A DNA stretch of 64,000 bases from an uncultured Candidatus Saccharibacteria bacterium (GCA_963841325.1 CAWJBZ010000004.1:27076-91075), one strand, 5' to 3'. Positions 1 through 10,519 are shown, counted from the stretch's first letter. Program-made: numbers and translations. The notes: a model not told the origin generated them from the letters alone.

Positions 1-45
1 TTATTATGTCAATCCAAATTATATCTTATCTGTTATAATTGATAT

Positions 46-1143
46 ATGTCTTCCTCGGTCTCCTGCGGTATAGTTGGGTTACCAAATGTCGGTAAATCTA
101 CTCTTTTTAATGCTCTCACTAATAATAATGTATTGGCAGCTAATTACCCGTTTGCGACAATCGAACCAAATACTGGAATTGTGCCGGTACCAGATGCACG
201 CCTAAAAAAGCTAGCCGAGTTATACAAAACTGAGCGAATTATACCGTCAACAGTAACCTTCGTAGATATAGCTGGTCTAGTTGCGGGTGCCAGTAAAGGC
301 GAAGGTCTTGGTAACCAATTTCTAAGCCATATTCGCAGCACTAATACTATCGTGCAAGTAGTTCGTGCTTTTGAGGATAGTAATGTTGCTCATATCGACG
401 CACATCTGGACCCAAAACGAGACATCGATATCGTTAACACTGAATTAATACTAGCCGATTTGCAAACCATAGACAATCGTTTACCTCGTTTAGAAAAAGA
501 AGCTAAAGCCGATGCTAAATTACGCCCAAATGTTGATGAATTATCCAAAGTTAAAGCACTACTCGACAGCGGAAGACTACTTTCAGCTACTAATAACGGA
601 CTAACCTCAAGCAGTTGGTTACAAAAAGAGCTTCAATTACTCACCTTGAAACCGGTTATTTATGTCTTCAATGTTAGTGATCAGGATCTTGTTAATAACG
701 ATAAGCAAGATCAATTAGCAAAGCTCGTTCCGGGCAACAAGGCGTTGTTCATCTGCGCCAAACTTGAGAGTGAGTTACGCGATTTAGACGAAACTGATTC
801 TCAGGAATTATTAGCAAGTTACGGCGTAAAAGAGTCTGGACTTATTCAGCTTATTCATTCGGCTTTTGAGATACTAGGACTCCAAAGTTTTTTGACGGCT
901 GGCCCTAAAGAAGTCAGAGCTTGGACTATACCGAAAGGAGCCACTGCACCACAAGCTGCTGGAGTTATACATAGCGATTTTGAACGCGGTTTTATTGCTG
1001 CTCAAATTGTTAATTATCCTGATTTAATAACTAGTGGTTCAGAGTTAGCCGTCCGAGCAGCTGGGAAGATTCGCACTGAAGGTAAGGATTATATTATGCA
1101 ACCCGATGACGTGGTTGAGTTCAGATTTAATGTAAGTAGGTAG
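46..1143 (+). CDS. ychF: Redox-regulated ATPase YchF (Obg-like GTPase family)
   Basis: 365 aa. N-terminal P-loop GIVGLPNVGKSTLFNALT, DIAGLV G3 motif, and C-terminal TGS-like end RTEGKDYIMQPDDVVEFRFNV typical of YchF. Confidence 0.9.
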   Translation: MSSSVSCGIVGLPNVGKSTLFNALTNNNVLAANYPFATIEPNTGIVPVPDARLKKLAELYKTERIIPSTVTFVDIAGLVAGASKGEGLGNQFLSHIRSTNTIVQVVRAFEDSNVAHIDAHLDPKRDIDIVNTELILADLQTIDNRLPRLEKEAKADAKLRPNVDELSKVKALLDSGRLLSATNNGLTSSSWLQKELQLLTLKPVIYVFNVSDQDLVNNDKQDQLAKLVPGNKALFICAKLESELRDLDETDSQELLASYGVKESGLIQLIHSAFEILGLQSFLTAGPKEVRAWTIPKGATAPQAAGVIHSDFERGFIAAQIVNYPDLITSGSELAVRAAGKIRTEGKDYIMQPDDVVEFRFNVSR

Positions 1144-1229
1144 TTTTGGGTTTATTAGAATATTGCATTATCCGCGAGACATTCCCTACTGATCTTGTCC
1201 AAAACTTAAATTACTCTTATAGTTAAGTT

Positions 1230-1907
1230 ATGCTTGCGACTTTGGGACAAATGGCAGAATTAGTCAGGTTTTTTCGGGGAAAAGGCCATAAAGTTACCTA
1301 CCAGAAGGGGGATTTCATCATCGGACCCGGCGAGCAACCGCCGGGTGTTTTTTATATTGCTGAAGGTCTTGTTAAAGCTTACGACATTACTCGCTACGGC
1401 GACGAAAACCTATTGATAATTCGTAAAGAGCATGAGGTCTTTCCGCTTATCTGGGCCATAACGGGTCAGGAGAGACAGATCATTTACCGGGCATTGGCTG
1501 AAACAACAACTCTTCGTGTCAACCGACAAGTATTCATTAATTTCATGCGCCATAACCCCAATGCAATGGCACCTCTTATGGATATGACTATAGAAATGTA
1601 CCGTTTGCACAGTGAGCACATTATCAATTTAGAGTATCGGTCGGTGCGCGAGCGGGTTATTTCTTTTCTACTAACCATGTCTAATCGATTCGGTGTTGAA
1701 ACACCTACCGGTTTATTAATTAACGTACCGCTCAGGCATCAAGATATTGCCAGCTCCATCAATTCTTCGCGCGAGACAACCAGTCGTGAGCTTTCCATCT
1801 TAGAGCGTAAGGGTTATATTGTTGATGAATCTTCACATATTCTATTGAAAGACATTCATAAATTGCAGTCGTATTTATCCCGTTCTACCAATTCTACTTC
1901 CAGCTAA
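1230..1907 (+). CDS. Crp/Fnr-family transcriptional regulator
   Basis: 225 aa. N-terminal cNMP-binding-like beta-roll (FIIGPGEQPPGVFYIAEGLVKAY). C-terminal HTH (RHQDIASSINSSRETTSRELSILERKGYI). Confidence 0.7.
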   Translation: MLATLGQMAELVRFFRGKGHKVTYQKGDFIIGPGEQPPGVFYIAEGLVKAYDITRYGDENLLIIRKEHEVFPLIWAITGQERQIIYRALAETTTLRVNRQVFINFMRHNPNAMAPLMDMTIEMYRLHSEHIINLEYRSVRERVISFLLTMSNRFGVETPTGLLINVPLRHQDIASSINSSRETTSRELSILERKGYIVDESSHILLKDIHKLQSYLSRSTNSTSS

Positions 1908-2550
1908 AAATAATTCTCTCAATGATTTGAATAATCTTGTCATGTGGTGGTATGTCGCGTTGATCATAATAATGATCAGTGGATATATAGTTTTCAACGA
2001 CACTTAAGCAATATATTTCATCGGCGGCTATATGTAGCCGATCAACCGCTTGGACACTGGCTAATGGCGTGGCTACGATCATTTTTTCAATTGGGATGGT
2101 TTTTAAATAAGATGCGGCAAGATCAATTGCAAAACCGCTACTTAGCCCATCTGATACGAGAATGACATTTCGTCCAATTAGTAGGCGTTTATCAACTGTG
2201 TTTCCAGAACCTAATAGATGGTGCAACTCATGCAGTTTTTCTAATTTTTCTTGTTCAATGTACTGATAATATTCGCCGATAAATTCATCTAATTCACCTG
2301 GTGAATAGGAATCATTAAAAGATACTGACCCATCTTGGCTAATTCCTTCGATAGCCTCTAGTTCGCGCGGTAAAGTTATATCCTCACTCAAAAGCAGTGA
2401 CAATACACAGTGCAACGCCATGGCAATTTGGGCTCCAACTACTACCCCGCCGTCGCTTAAAGCTACAACCGCGCAGTTTTCATAGCGATACTTTGGCAGT
2501 ATCCGATTGGCCAGTATACGTCCGGCTTGCGTTCGACTCGCAAAGTACAT
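1894..2550 (-). CDS. Predicted phosphoribosyltransferase-family protein (COG1926-like)
   Basis: 218 aa. N-terminus MYFASRTQAGRILANRIL and LSDGGVVVG, plus a PRPP-loop-like VILVSDGLSSGFA; this matches the architecture of uncharacterised PRTases. Confidence 0.55.
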   Translation of the reverse strand: MYFASRTQAGRILANRILPKYRYENCAVVALSDGGVVVGAQIAMALHCVLSLLLSEDITLPRELEAIEGISQDGSVSFNDSYSPGELDEFIGEYYQYIEQEKLEKLHELHHLLGSGNTVDKRLLIGRNVILVSDGLSSGFAIDLAASYLKTIPIEKMIVATPLASVQAVDRLHIAADEIYCLSVVENYISTDHYYDQRDIPPHDKIIQIIERIIFSWK

Positions 2551-2591
2551 ATCCTTAGTCTAGCATTAAGGCTGCCTCTGCCGAAGGCTAC

Positions 2592-3350
2592 TTATTTACC
2601 CTTATCAACTGTGGTGTAATGGTTAGTTTTTGGAACTATTTTCAAAAGATAAAACCGCTCACGGTTGCCTTTAGCCCCAGTAATGTCCGAGTCAGCTTTA
2701 TTACTAATCACAAAGCTGCTTTTTGACCATTCTTCAAAAGCTTTGAGTATGTCGCGTCTGATCCGATTATTTTTAATAATTCCTTTGTGTTTTCGATCGG
2801 TGCTGGCAGTTTCAAATTGCGGCTTAACCATCGCTAAGATAGCTGTCCTGGGTATTGCTAAGCTAGCGATATGTGGCAATACTTCTCGAACTGAAATAAA
2901 AGACACGTCAATAAGTACAATGTCAAATTGTCGTTTAGTTTTAAAATCACGGATGTCAGTTTTTTCATGAAGTTCAATTTTTGGATGATTAATCAAACTT
3001 GGGTGAAGTTGTCTGGTACCAGCATCCACCGCTACTACCGACAGTGCACCATGTTGTAAGGCATAATCCGTAAAACCACCCGTCGAACTACCCACATCCA
3101 GCACTCGTTTGTCACGAAAATCAATCTTCAGTTTGGGAACGATACTGGCTAATTTTAGAGCTGCTCGGCTGACGTACTGTTTATTAGTCTTAAGCCTAAT
3201 TTGGTCATTTTCATCAACCAAACTGTCAATCTTTGTCACAATTTTGCCATTGACGCTGACTTGTCTAAGTTTAATTAAGCTCTCGGCCTGATGCCTGGAA
3301 ACTGTTAAGTGCTGGGCTAGCATCGCTTGATAAAGACGAAGCTTATTCAT
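2592..3350 (-). CDS. tlyA: TlyA-family rRNA 2'-O-methyltransferase (S4 domain + FtsJ-like MTase)
   Basis: 252 aa. S4-like N-terminus (RHQAESLIKLRQVSVNGKIV), YVSRAALKL, and SAM motif LDVGSSTGGFTDYAL. Confidence 0.85.
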   Translation of the reverse strand: MNKLRLYQAMLAQHLTVSRHQAESLIKLRQVSVNGKIVTKIDSLVDENDQIRLKTNKQYVSRAALKLASIVPKLKIDFRDKRVLDVGSSTGGFTDYALQHGALSVVAVDAGTRQLHPSLINHPKIELHEKTDIRDFKTKRQFDIVLIDVSFISVREVLPHIASLAIPRTAILAMVKPQFETASTDRKHKGIIKNNRIRRDILKAFEEWSKSSFVISNKADSDITGAKGNRERFYLLKIVPKTNHYTTVDKGK

Positions 3351-3816
3351 GTTTTAGCGTTACTCCTGAGATGATCTCTTTATACTCTCCTTTTTGTTCA
3401 ACTATCAAGACTGTATTGATGGAACAGATATCGTTTCTAGATAAATGTTTACTGCCTTGTGTGGTGACATGAGGTCGATAAGCAAATGCGGTCTTGGTTG
3501 TCTCGTCTACTAACCAGGCATTGTGCGATCGTAACATTTGTCGTAGCTTACTTTCGATAGCTACTAGCGGGCTGGGGAGTTGTATCAGACTCACTAATTT
3601 TTTGCGCTGATGACCAAAATGTGCATCTCCGGCAATAATGGCATTAAAAGAGGGGTAGGTTCGTAGCTTTTTCTGGATATCTTCCGTCAGTTCAATGGTA
3701 AGAACACCAACCCGAAACCACGGAATAATTGTTATATGTAGTGGCCAATTGGTAAATCTTGATCCCAATTCTGGTGGATCGATAAAAACACAAATCAATC
3801 GGTCACCAACTTGCAT
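3343..3816 (-). CDS. 2H phosphoesterase superfamily protein (2'-5' RNA ligase-like)
   Basis: 157 aa with two H-x-T/S-x motifs (PLHITIIPW and RPHVTTQG). Overlaps tlyA by 8 nt. Confidence 0.55.
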   Translation of the reverse strand: MQVGDRLICVFIDPPELGSRFTNWPLHITIIPWFRVGVLTIELTEDIQKKLRTYPSFNAIIAGDAHFGHQRKKLVSLIQLPSPLVAIESKLRQMLRSHNAWLVDETTKTAFAYRPHVTTQGSKHLSRNDICSINTVLIVEQKGEYKEIISGVTLKHE

Positions 3817-3818
3817 TT

Positions 3819-4385
3819 TTATTCTTTCACCCGCTCACGGTAGGTACCGGTTGAAGTATCAACCGATATCACATCTCCAGTCTTGATAAACGCCGGTACC
3901 TTAATAACTATGCCTGTCTCTAGTGTGGCATTTTTAGTAATTGTCGTACTGGTGTCTCCTTTTACGGCTGTTTCAGCATGAGTTACTTTCAGGGGTACAT
4001 TTTTTGGCAAGTCAATGTTAATTGGGTTACCTGCAAATAGTTGCAAGTTTACTAAATCACCCTCTTTAATATAAGCAGCACTATCACCAATCAGCTCGTT
4101 CGGTACAGTAAATTGTTCGAACGACGTTTGATTCATAAAATAAAACGACTTGCCGTCATTATAGAGATATTGAACACTTTGATTAGTAATATCCGCGACT
4201 TCGAGTTGTTCATTACCCTTGAAAGTCTTAGCCAGTACTCTACCATCGAGTAAACTTTTAATGCGCACATTAACAATTGAACCACCCCTACCCATCACCT
4301 TTTGCGAATAATCAATGACACGATAGGGTATGCCATCAAGCTGAAAGATAGTTCCCTTTTTAAGATCGGTGATATTTAGAGCCAT
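3819..4385 (-). CDS. efp: Translation elongation factor P
   Basis: 188 aa. Typical EF-P N-terminus (DLKKGTIFQLDGIPYRVIDYSQKVMGRGGSIVNVRIKSL) and OB-fold C-terminal domains. Confidence 0.92.
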   Translation of the reverse strand: MALNITDLKKGTIFQLDGIPYRVIDYSQKVMGRGGSIVNVRIKSLLDGRVLAKTFKGNEQLEVADITNQSVQYLYNDGKSFYFMNQTSFEQFTVPNELIGDSAAYIKEGDLVNLQLFAGNPINIDLPKNVPLKVTHAETAVKGDTSTTITKNATLETGIVIKVPAFIKTGDVISVDTSTGTYRERVKE

Positions 4386-4396
4386 AACTCTTCTCC

Positions 4397-4729
4397 TTAT
4401 ACTAAATGTTCTGAAATAAGTTCCGTTTGAGCTGTCAGCTGAGCTACATCAACTGAGCTAAAAATATTGTATTCACTAATGGCTAGAATGTATTTACGTA
4501 CATCTTCAAGCCGGCGACGACCACTTTTCAGGTTTCTAAGTTGATCTTCTCTGGTTTCCGATAATTCATAGTCTCGGGCATGGAGACGAACTTCAGTTAA
4601 CTGTTTTTTAAGCAGAGCGATTTCTCGGGCAGCTTGAGATTCCAGGGAATAGACATCAATTCCAGATAGCATACTCATAATGCTTTCTTCTAGGCTTTTA
4701 GCTGTCAAATACGGTGATATTTGTGACAT
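4397..4729 (-). CDS. Hypothetical coiled-coil protein
   Basis: 110-aa ORF in the same orientation as its neighbours, charged and heptad-like. No recognisable motif. Confidence 0.4.
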   Translation of the reverse strand: MSQISPYLTAKSLEESIMSMLSGIDVYSLESQAAREIALLKKQLTEVRLHARDYELSETREDQLRNLKSGRRRLEDVRKYILAISEYNIFSSVDVAQLTAQTELISEHLV

Positions 4730-4830
4730 TTTGTAATTGTCTATAAATATTCATCTAAGAAAAATATGCGTATTTCACTGATATAGACATGATTTTTAAC
4801 CGGTAGTATCGGTTACGCGCTAATAATTGA

Positions 4831-5034
4831 TTAATTACTGGCTGTAAATGGTAGTAGTGCAATGTGACGAGCCCGTTTGATGGCCCGAGCTAAATGGCGC
4901 TGTTGACTTTCGCTGAGCCCGGTTTTTTTCCGTGACTCGATTTGTCCGTAGCTATCAATATAGCGCTGTAAAGTCTTGAAGTCTTTGTAGTCAAAATAGG
5001 CTACATCGGTCTTAGGTTTAAAAATTTTTGCCAT
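4831..5034 (-). CDS. rpsR: 30S ribosomal protein S18
   Basis: 67 aa. YKDFKTLQRYIDSYGQIESRKKTGLSESQQRHLARAIKRARHIALLPF is canonical S18. Lies in the conserved rpsF-ssb-rpsR order. Confidence 0.93.
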   Translation of the reverse strand: MAKIFKPKTDVAYFDYKDFKTLQRYIDSYGQIESRKKTGLSESQQRHLARAIKRARHIALLPFTASN

Positions 5035-5103
5035 ATTTGGTTTACAAAATCCTTTCTATGTTGTGCTCTAATTAATCGACGATATTTTTCGATATAACAC
5101 TAA

Positions 5104-5547
5104 TTAAAATGGTATGTCGTCTAGATTTATTGGTTCGTCGCCAATATCCTCAATTTCGACATTGTCATCCTGTTTAGACGGTTTTGGTTGGTCAGTTGCC
5201 GGGGCTGTACCACGACTATCTACGAAGTTGAAATCTTCTACAATAACTTCAATTTTAGATCGTTTTTGGCCACTGTCTTTATCTTCCCAACTACGTTGCT
5301 CCAGATGTCCACTAACTAGCAGGGCGCGACCTTTTTGTAAATATTGAGCAATAACGTCACCCGCCTTACCCCATGCCACACAATCTAAATAGCTGACGCT
5401 TTCTTGTGATGTACCGTCTTGTCCTCGCCAGGTACGATTAACTGCCAAGGTGAAACCGGTTACATTTTGGCCATTCGGTGTGGTACGCGTCTCAGGGTCA
5501 CGCGTTAGATTTCCCATTAAAATAACTTTATTAAACCCTTTTGCCAT
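5104..5547 (-). CDS. ssb: Single-stranded DNA-binding protein
   Basis: 147 aa. OB-fold N-terminus (NKVILMGNLTRDPETRTTPNG) and an acidic tail ending DDIPF. Confidence 0.92.
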   Translation of the reverse strand: MAKGFNKVILMGNLTRDPETRTTPNGQNVTGFTLAVNRTWRGQDGTSQESVSYLDCVAWGKAGDVIAQYLQKGRALLVSGHLEQRSWEDKDSGQKRSKIEVIVEDFNFVDSRGTAPATDQPKPSKQDDNVEIEDIGDEPINLDDIPF

Positions 5548-5585
5548 TGTATCTCTCCTCTAATTTATCTCGATTGTACACTTGC

Positions 5586-5987
5586 CTACCGCTCGTCGCT
5601 ATCCTCATTATTTTCACTGGTCTCTGCAACGTCAACTTCGCTTTGCTTGGCTAGTAATTTAGCTTTTTCGGCTTCGGCTTTAGCAATAGCTTTCAGGTCT
5701 GGTTTAGTTATCAAAAAACGAATGACTTCATCAGTAATATTAAGAGTGTTTTCAATCTTTTGTAAACTAGCCGTCGGAAATTCAACTGTATAGAATAGGT
5801 AGATAGCATGCTCGTTTTTTTTGATTGGGTAGGCTAACTTTCGCTTACCCCAATTGTCAATGTTAGTAACTTTACCGTCGTTGTCGGTAAAAATTTTTTC
5901 AACCCGTTTACTAGCCTTGTCCAGATCAATTTCCAGATCTGGGTGGTATAAAACAGCAATTTCGTATTGGTTCAAGACAACCTCCAT
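5586..5987 (-). CDS. rpsF: 30S ribosomal protein S6 (acidic C-terminal tail)
   Basis: 133 aa. YEIAVLYHPDLE ... WGKRKLAYPIKK is canonical S6. First gene of rpsF-ssb-rpsR. Confidence 0.9.
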   Translation of the reverse strand: MEVVLNQYEIAVLYHPDLEIDLDKASKRVEKIFTDNDGKVTNIDNWGKRKLAYPIKKNEHAIYLFYTVEFPTASLQKIENTLNITDEVIRFLITKPDLKAIAKAEAEKAKLLAKQSEVDVAETSENNEDSDER

Positions 5988-6086
5988 TGGTTAAAGCCCA
6001 TGTGCACTAGATGGCCATAAGCTGAGTTAATAGTGACCCAAATTATACATTATCCACCTCTGTTGGTCAATTATTCAACAAAGGAT

Positions 6087-8270
6087 TTACCCTAACTCTG
6101 ATAAATCGTTATCTTCAGAATCAAAATCACTATTACCGAATACTGCATCCATGCTGCCAACCAGAACCTCTCGGGGACGTGAGCCATCAGCTGGACCAAC
6201 AATTCCCTGCTCTTCCATAGCTTCAATCAGACGAGCTGCCCGGCCATAACCAATGCGCAAGCGCCGCTGTAGTAAACTGGTGCTGGCTTTTCGTCCTTCA
6301 ATCACACAACGAACAGCATCTTTGAACATATCATCATTGGCATCATTTGTACCATAGTCGGCAATAACGCTACCTCGGCCATTTAATATAACCGGCTGAC
6401 TAACCACCTCATCGTTATACTGTGGCGGGCGTTGTGCGCGTATAAAATCCGTCACCCGAGTGGTTTCTTCTTCACCGATAAATGCTCCTTGGGCTCGTTT
6501 TGGCCTAACCATTTCAGCAGTCAGTAGTAGCATGTCGCCTTGGCCAAGCAGTTTCTCAGCTCCAATTTGATCAATAATCGTTCGCGAATCGACTTGTGAG
6601 GCTGTGGTAAAAGCAACCCGTGCTGGGAAGTTAGCTTTAATCAGACCAGTAATTACATCTACGCTCGGGCGTTGGGTAGCTATGACTAAATGAATACCAA
6701 CAGCTCTAGCTTTTTGAGCTATCCGGACTACTAGCGCTTCTACATCACGCGCGGCTAACATCATTAATTCGGCTAGTTCATCAATAACTATTACAATGTA
6801 GGGCATTCCTGCTTCTCTTTTTAGGGCATTATATTCAGTAATATTGCGCTTACCAACTTCTGATAATGCTCGATAGCGTCGTTCCATTTCAACAATAGCC
6901 CATTTCAGAGCGCTGATGCACTCTTTCGGTTCGGTAATAACTGGAGCTAAAAGATGCGGGATATCGTCATAAGGCTTGAGTTCAACCTGTTTTGGGTCGA
7001 CAAGAATTAATTTTAAATCGGATGGGGTATTGCGGTATAACAAGCTAGTTAAAACGGTATTGATCATCACCGACTTACCGGAACCAGTTTGCCCGGCAAT
7101 CATTAGATGCGGCATACTATCAAGATCAGCTACAATCGGTGTTCCGGAGATATCTTTGCCAATAGCAAAACCAAGGGGACTAGTTAGGGCCTGCCATTCA
7201 TGGGATATGAAAATAGAGCTCAAGCGAACTGTGGCTGATTTTAGGTTGGGTACTTCTATACCAACTGCTCGTTTACCAGGAATTGGGGCTTCTATCCGAA
7301 TAGAATGGGCTGCTAAATCCAGTGCTAAATTGTTTTCTAGTGCCGTAATTCTGCCCAGTTTGATGCCGGCCGGAGGTTTTAAAGTATATTGGGTGAGTCT
7401 AGGTCCGACATTAGCTCCTTCCATCTCTACTTCAATATTAAAATTAGCTAAGGTATCACGGATGATAGCAGCGTTGGCATTGATATTTCCAGCATCAGCT
7501 TTATCCTGTTTCTGATCTAATAAGCTAAGACTTGGAAATTGCCAGTCTGGGTCGCTAGCAGTAGTTAAGGCCTCTTGCTGAATACTCGGCATCAATTTTT
7601 GGGTAGTATTCCTCAGGCTGGCCATGTGTTGGGTATCGTGATGAACAATTGGCACGCCTTCGTTTAGTTTAAAGCCGTTTTCAGCTTTAGCTTTAAGTGC
7701 AGCCAGATCGTTTGCCTCATCTTCTTCTCCGCTGTGACTAAATATCTTAAATAAATGGATGATAACTTTTGGCGTAATACTAAAGGCAATAAATATAGCC
7801 AGTAGTGTCAGCGCAACAAATAGGATTGTTGCCGGCAATTTATCTAATACACTAAGTGATCCGCTACCTAAAACATTTCCAACAACCCCACCGTGTCCTC
7901 CGTGCCAGATACCGCTTGGATTTTTGGTGACAAAACTAACATAAAACAAACCGGCAGAAAAAATTAAAATACCGGCCATACCCGCAAATTTAGATAGAGA
8001 CAGGTGATGGTCTTCGCTGGCGAACAGAATCACTCCCCAATAGACAAGAGCTAGTGGGACAAGATATGCCATCCAGCCAAATACGGCATAAGCTCCATGG
8101 AATAAACCAACTGGCAACGAACCGCCACTATTAAAACCACCAAGCAAACAGAATAGTGCTAGCAAACAGAGTAGCGTGGCAATTGCCAGGGCTTGGAACG
8201 GAGATTTTTCGCTAGCCTCGTTTAATGTCGCTGGTTTTTTCTTAATATGTCTTTTATTTTTAATTGCCAT
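6087..8270 (-). CDS. ftsK: DNA translocase FtsK/SpoIIIE
   Basis: 727 aa. N-terminal multi-TM region, Walker A GQTGSGKS, Walker B VIVIDELAELM, and C-terminal gamma wHTH (LLQRRLRIGYGRAARLIEAMEEQGIVG). Confidence 0.92.
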   Translation of the reverse strand: MAIKNKRHIKKKPATLNEASEKSPFQALAIATLLCLLALFCLLGGFNSGGSLPVGLFHGAYAVFGWMAYLVPLALVYWGVILFASEDHHLSLSKFAGMAGILIFSAGLFYVSFVTKNPSGIWHGGHGGVVGNVLGSGSLSVLDKLPATILFVALTLLAIFIAFSITPKVIIHLFKIFSHSGEEDEANDLAALKAKAENGFKLNEGVPIVHHDTQHMASLRNTTQKLMPSIQQEALTTASDPDWQFPSLSLLDQKQDKADAGNINANAAIIRDTLANFNIEVEMEGANVGPRLTQYTLKPPAGIKLGRITALENNLALDLAAHSIRIEAPIPGKRAVGIEVPNLKSATVRLSSIFISHEWQALTSPLGFAIGKDISGTPIVADLDSMPHLMIAGQTGSGKSVMINTVLTSLLYRNTPSDLKLILVDPKQVELKPYDDIPHLLAPVITEPKECISALKWAIVEMERRYRALSEVGKRNITEYNALKREAGMPYIVIVIDELAELMMLAARDVEALVVRIAQKARAVGIHLVIATQRPSVDVITGLIKANFPARVAFTTASQVDSRTIIDQIGAEKLLGQGDMLLLTAEMVRPKRAQGAFIGEEETTRVTDFIRAQRPPQYNDEVVSQPVILNGRGSVIADYGTNDANDDMFKDAVRCVIEGRKASTSLLQRRLRIGYGRAARLIEAMEEQGIVGPADGSRPREVLVGSMDAVFGNSDFDSEDNDLSELG

Positions 8271-8422
8271 GGCTTTCTCGATTATACCCTTGTTACTTCT
8301 TATGGTCTAGGCTATCAGTAACAGATTTTCGCCTTAGCTTGGCTAATAATATAGTTTATTATAGCAAAATTTACATCAGTTGTCAAAAAGCTGTCGTTTA
8401 TCTAGAAAAGACGCTGATAATC

Positions 8423-10507
8423 CTAATCAACTCTTGGGTCCTGTGTTAACAGACGGGCTCGCATTTCTTGGAAGCGTCGTTCTTGCTCGGCAACAATTTC
8501 TTCACCAGTTTTAGTTGTGCCGTTACCATTGCCATTTGTAACCGTACTAACTTCGCCTTTGGAGCCGATGACGTTTACTACTGGGATAACAATTGGGCTA
8601 CGCTGTGTCTGATCAAATAAATAATGTGTTATGTGATCTTTGAGTTCTGCTTTAAAACGGTCTAGATCGACTCGTTTAAAACGCTGTTGGGTTGCTCGGC
8701 GCAGTTCAGTTCTTAATCCATTCATGAGCTCTTCATTGTCGCGCATGTAAATAAAGCCACGACTAATGATGTCAGGGCTGGTAAGCAGATTGCCAGTCTT
8801 TTTATCAACAGTCAAGACCACCGCCACTAAACCTTCTTCGCTCAATAACACTCTGTCTTTGACTACCACATTCGATACTATGGCGCTAGTTTCATCCACT
8901 AATATGGTACCGTGCGGAACTTCACCAATTACCGACATTTTATCGGCTGTCAGGGCTACAATTTGTCCATTGTCGGCATTGACGCAATTGGCACGAGGGA
9001 CACCACGCCGGATTGCTTCTTCGATGTGGTATTTCTTAGCCCGGAAGGAACCGTAAATCGGCATAAAGAATTTCGGTTTAATCATTTCGATCATATCGCC
9101 GTATTCTTCCAAGCTGGCATGACCAGAGACATGCAGCGGTCCACAGTTGTCAAGCTCATGAGTAGTATGACGATAGACATGTACTCCCATTTTCATTAGT
9201 TCATCAACCATATCGCCTATTAACTTATCATTGCCGCTTTCAGGGATAGGTGTACTCGACAATATCACTGAGTCTTGTTCTTTTAGCTTAATGTGTTTGT
9301 GGTCGCCGGTTGACATGCGCTGTAAGGCTGAGCTCGGTTCTCCTTGTGAACCGGTACAAACAACAACTATTTCGTCGTCGCGTAAATTAGCTACGCTAGC
9401 AATCGGGACAAAAGTACCTTTTGGGATCCGGATCATACCTAGTTTGACCGCAACTTCCAGAGTACTCATCATACTCCTCCCGTCCATCGCTATTTTACGA
9501 CCGTGATGGGTAGCGGCATTAACCACCATTTGGATACGATTAATGTTGGTTGAGAATATGGCAATGAAAACCCGGCCGGCGGCTTTACCAATCAAATCTA
9601 CAAAGGTTGGCTCGATAGTGCTCTCAGATGGTGTTCGGCCAGGTCGTTCAGACGAGGTACTATCGGACATTAATAACAATACCCCTTCATGACCCAGTTG
9701 TTTAAGTCGATCGGTGTCGCTTCGTTCATGATCCAACGGATTGGGGTCCAGGCGAAAATCGCCAGTATTGATTATTCTACCGACTGGGGTGTCCAGAATC
9801 ACGCTAGTACTGCCAGGTATCGAGTGGGTAATTCTGACCAGCTCAACAAAAAATGGACCGATTTTAAGCCGCTCGTGGGTTTCTTCATTCATGATTATGG
9901 TGCGTAGTTGAAAACCTTCAGGAAAAGGTAAAGTAAAACTCTCAAATACTTTTTCAATCATACCAATAGTAAATCTGGAGCCATAAATTGGAGCCGGGAT
10001 ACGCGGCACAATATGTGGCAACCCACCAATGTGATCGAGGTGACCGTGGGTAATAATATAAGCTCGTAGCTTATGTTTAATTTGTTCCAGGTAAGTAGTA
10101 TCGGCAATGCCATAGTTAATACCTGGTAGATCCACACTTAAGTCATTACCGCAATCAAGAACGACGGCATCATCCTGATATTCAACAAGTAACATATTCT
10201 TTGACCCACCACCGTCCATTCCACCCAAGCCAATGATGCGTAATCGGGGGCTGTCGTCAATGACATTAGCTCTTCGTTCTGGTTGTGGTACCGCCGCCGT
10301 ATACTGATCAGCAATCCGTTGAGCATCCATTTGTGACTTTTTTTGGGCACGTACCGCTTGACCGCGGGAAGTACTTAGTCTGGGTTGAGTTAGTGAAGCC
10401 GGTTGATCGTCCTGTTGTGTGACTGACGGGGGATTATGGCTACGCCTTGGTGGTTGATTAGGGTTATTATTTCTGTTCGGATTCATTATTTCTCCTTGAT
10501 TTATCAA
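8423..10507 (-). CDS. rnj: Ribonuclease J (metallo-beta-lactamase/beta-CASP) with low-complexity N-terminal extension
   Basis: 694 aa. HGHLDHIGG motif with beta-CASP and C-terminal domains. About 95 aa of N/P/Q-rich leader sequence precede the catalytic core. Confidence 0.88.
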   Translation of the reverse strand: MINQGEIMNPNRNNNPNQPPRRSHNPPSVTQQDDQPASLTQPRLSTSRGQAVRAQKKSQMDAQRIADQYTAAVPQPERRANVIDDSPRLRIIGLGGMDGGGSKNMLLVEYQDDAVVLDCGNDLSVDLPGINYGIADTTYLEQIKHKLRAYIITHGHLDHIGGLPHIVPRIPAPIYGSRFTIGMIEKVFESFTLPFPEGFQLRTIIMNEETHERLKIGPFFVELVRITHSIPGSTSVILDTPVGRIINTGDFRLDPNPLDHERSDTDRLKQLGHEGVLLLMSDSTSSERPGRTPSESTIEPTFVDLIGKAAGRVFIAIFSTNINRIQMVVNAATHHGRKIAMDGRSMMSTLEVAVKLGMIRIPKGTFVPIASVANLRDDEIVVVCTGSQGEPSSALQRMSTGDHKHIKLKEQDSVILSSTPIPESGNDKLIGDMVDELMKMGVHVYRHTTHELDNCGPLHVSGHASLEEYGDMIEMIKPKFFMPIYGSFRAKKYHIEEAIRRGVPRANCVNADNGQIVALTADKMSVIGEVPHGTILVDETSAIVSNVVVKDRVLLSEEGLVAVVLTVDKKTGNLLTSPDIISRGFIYMRDNEELMNGLRTELRRATQQRFKRVDLDRFKAELKDHITHYLFDQTQRSPIVIPVVNVIGSKGEVSTVTNGNGNGTTKTGEEIVAEQERRFQEMRARLLTQDPRVD

Positions 10508-10519
10508 TTATTATTAGTG

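Noticed and set aside
4798-4816. Hairpin AACCG-GTAGTAT-CGGTT just below the rpsR stop, considered as a terminator.
   Set aside because: On the transcribed minus strand the stem is followed by A-rich rather than U-rich sequence, and the downstream same-strand gene (the 110-aa coiled-coil ORF at 4397-4729) looks co-transcribed. The stem is only 5 bp.
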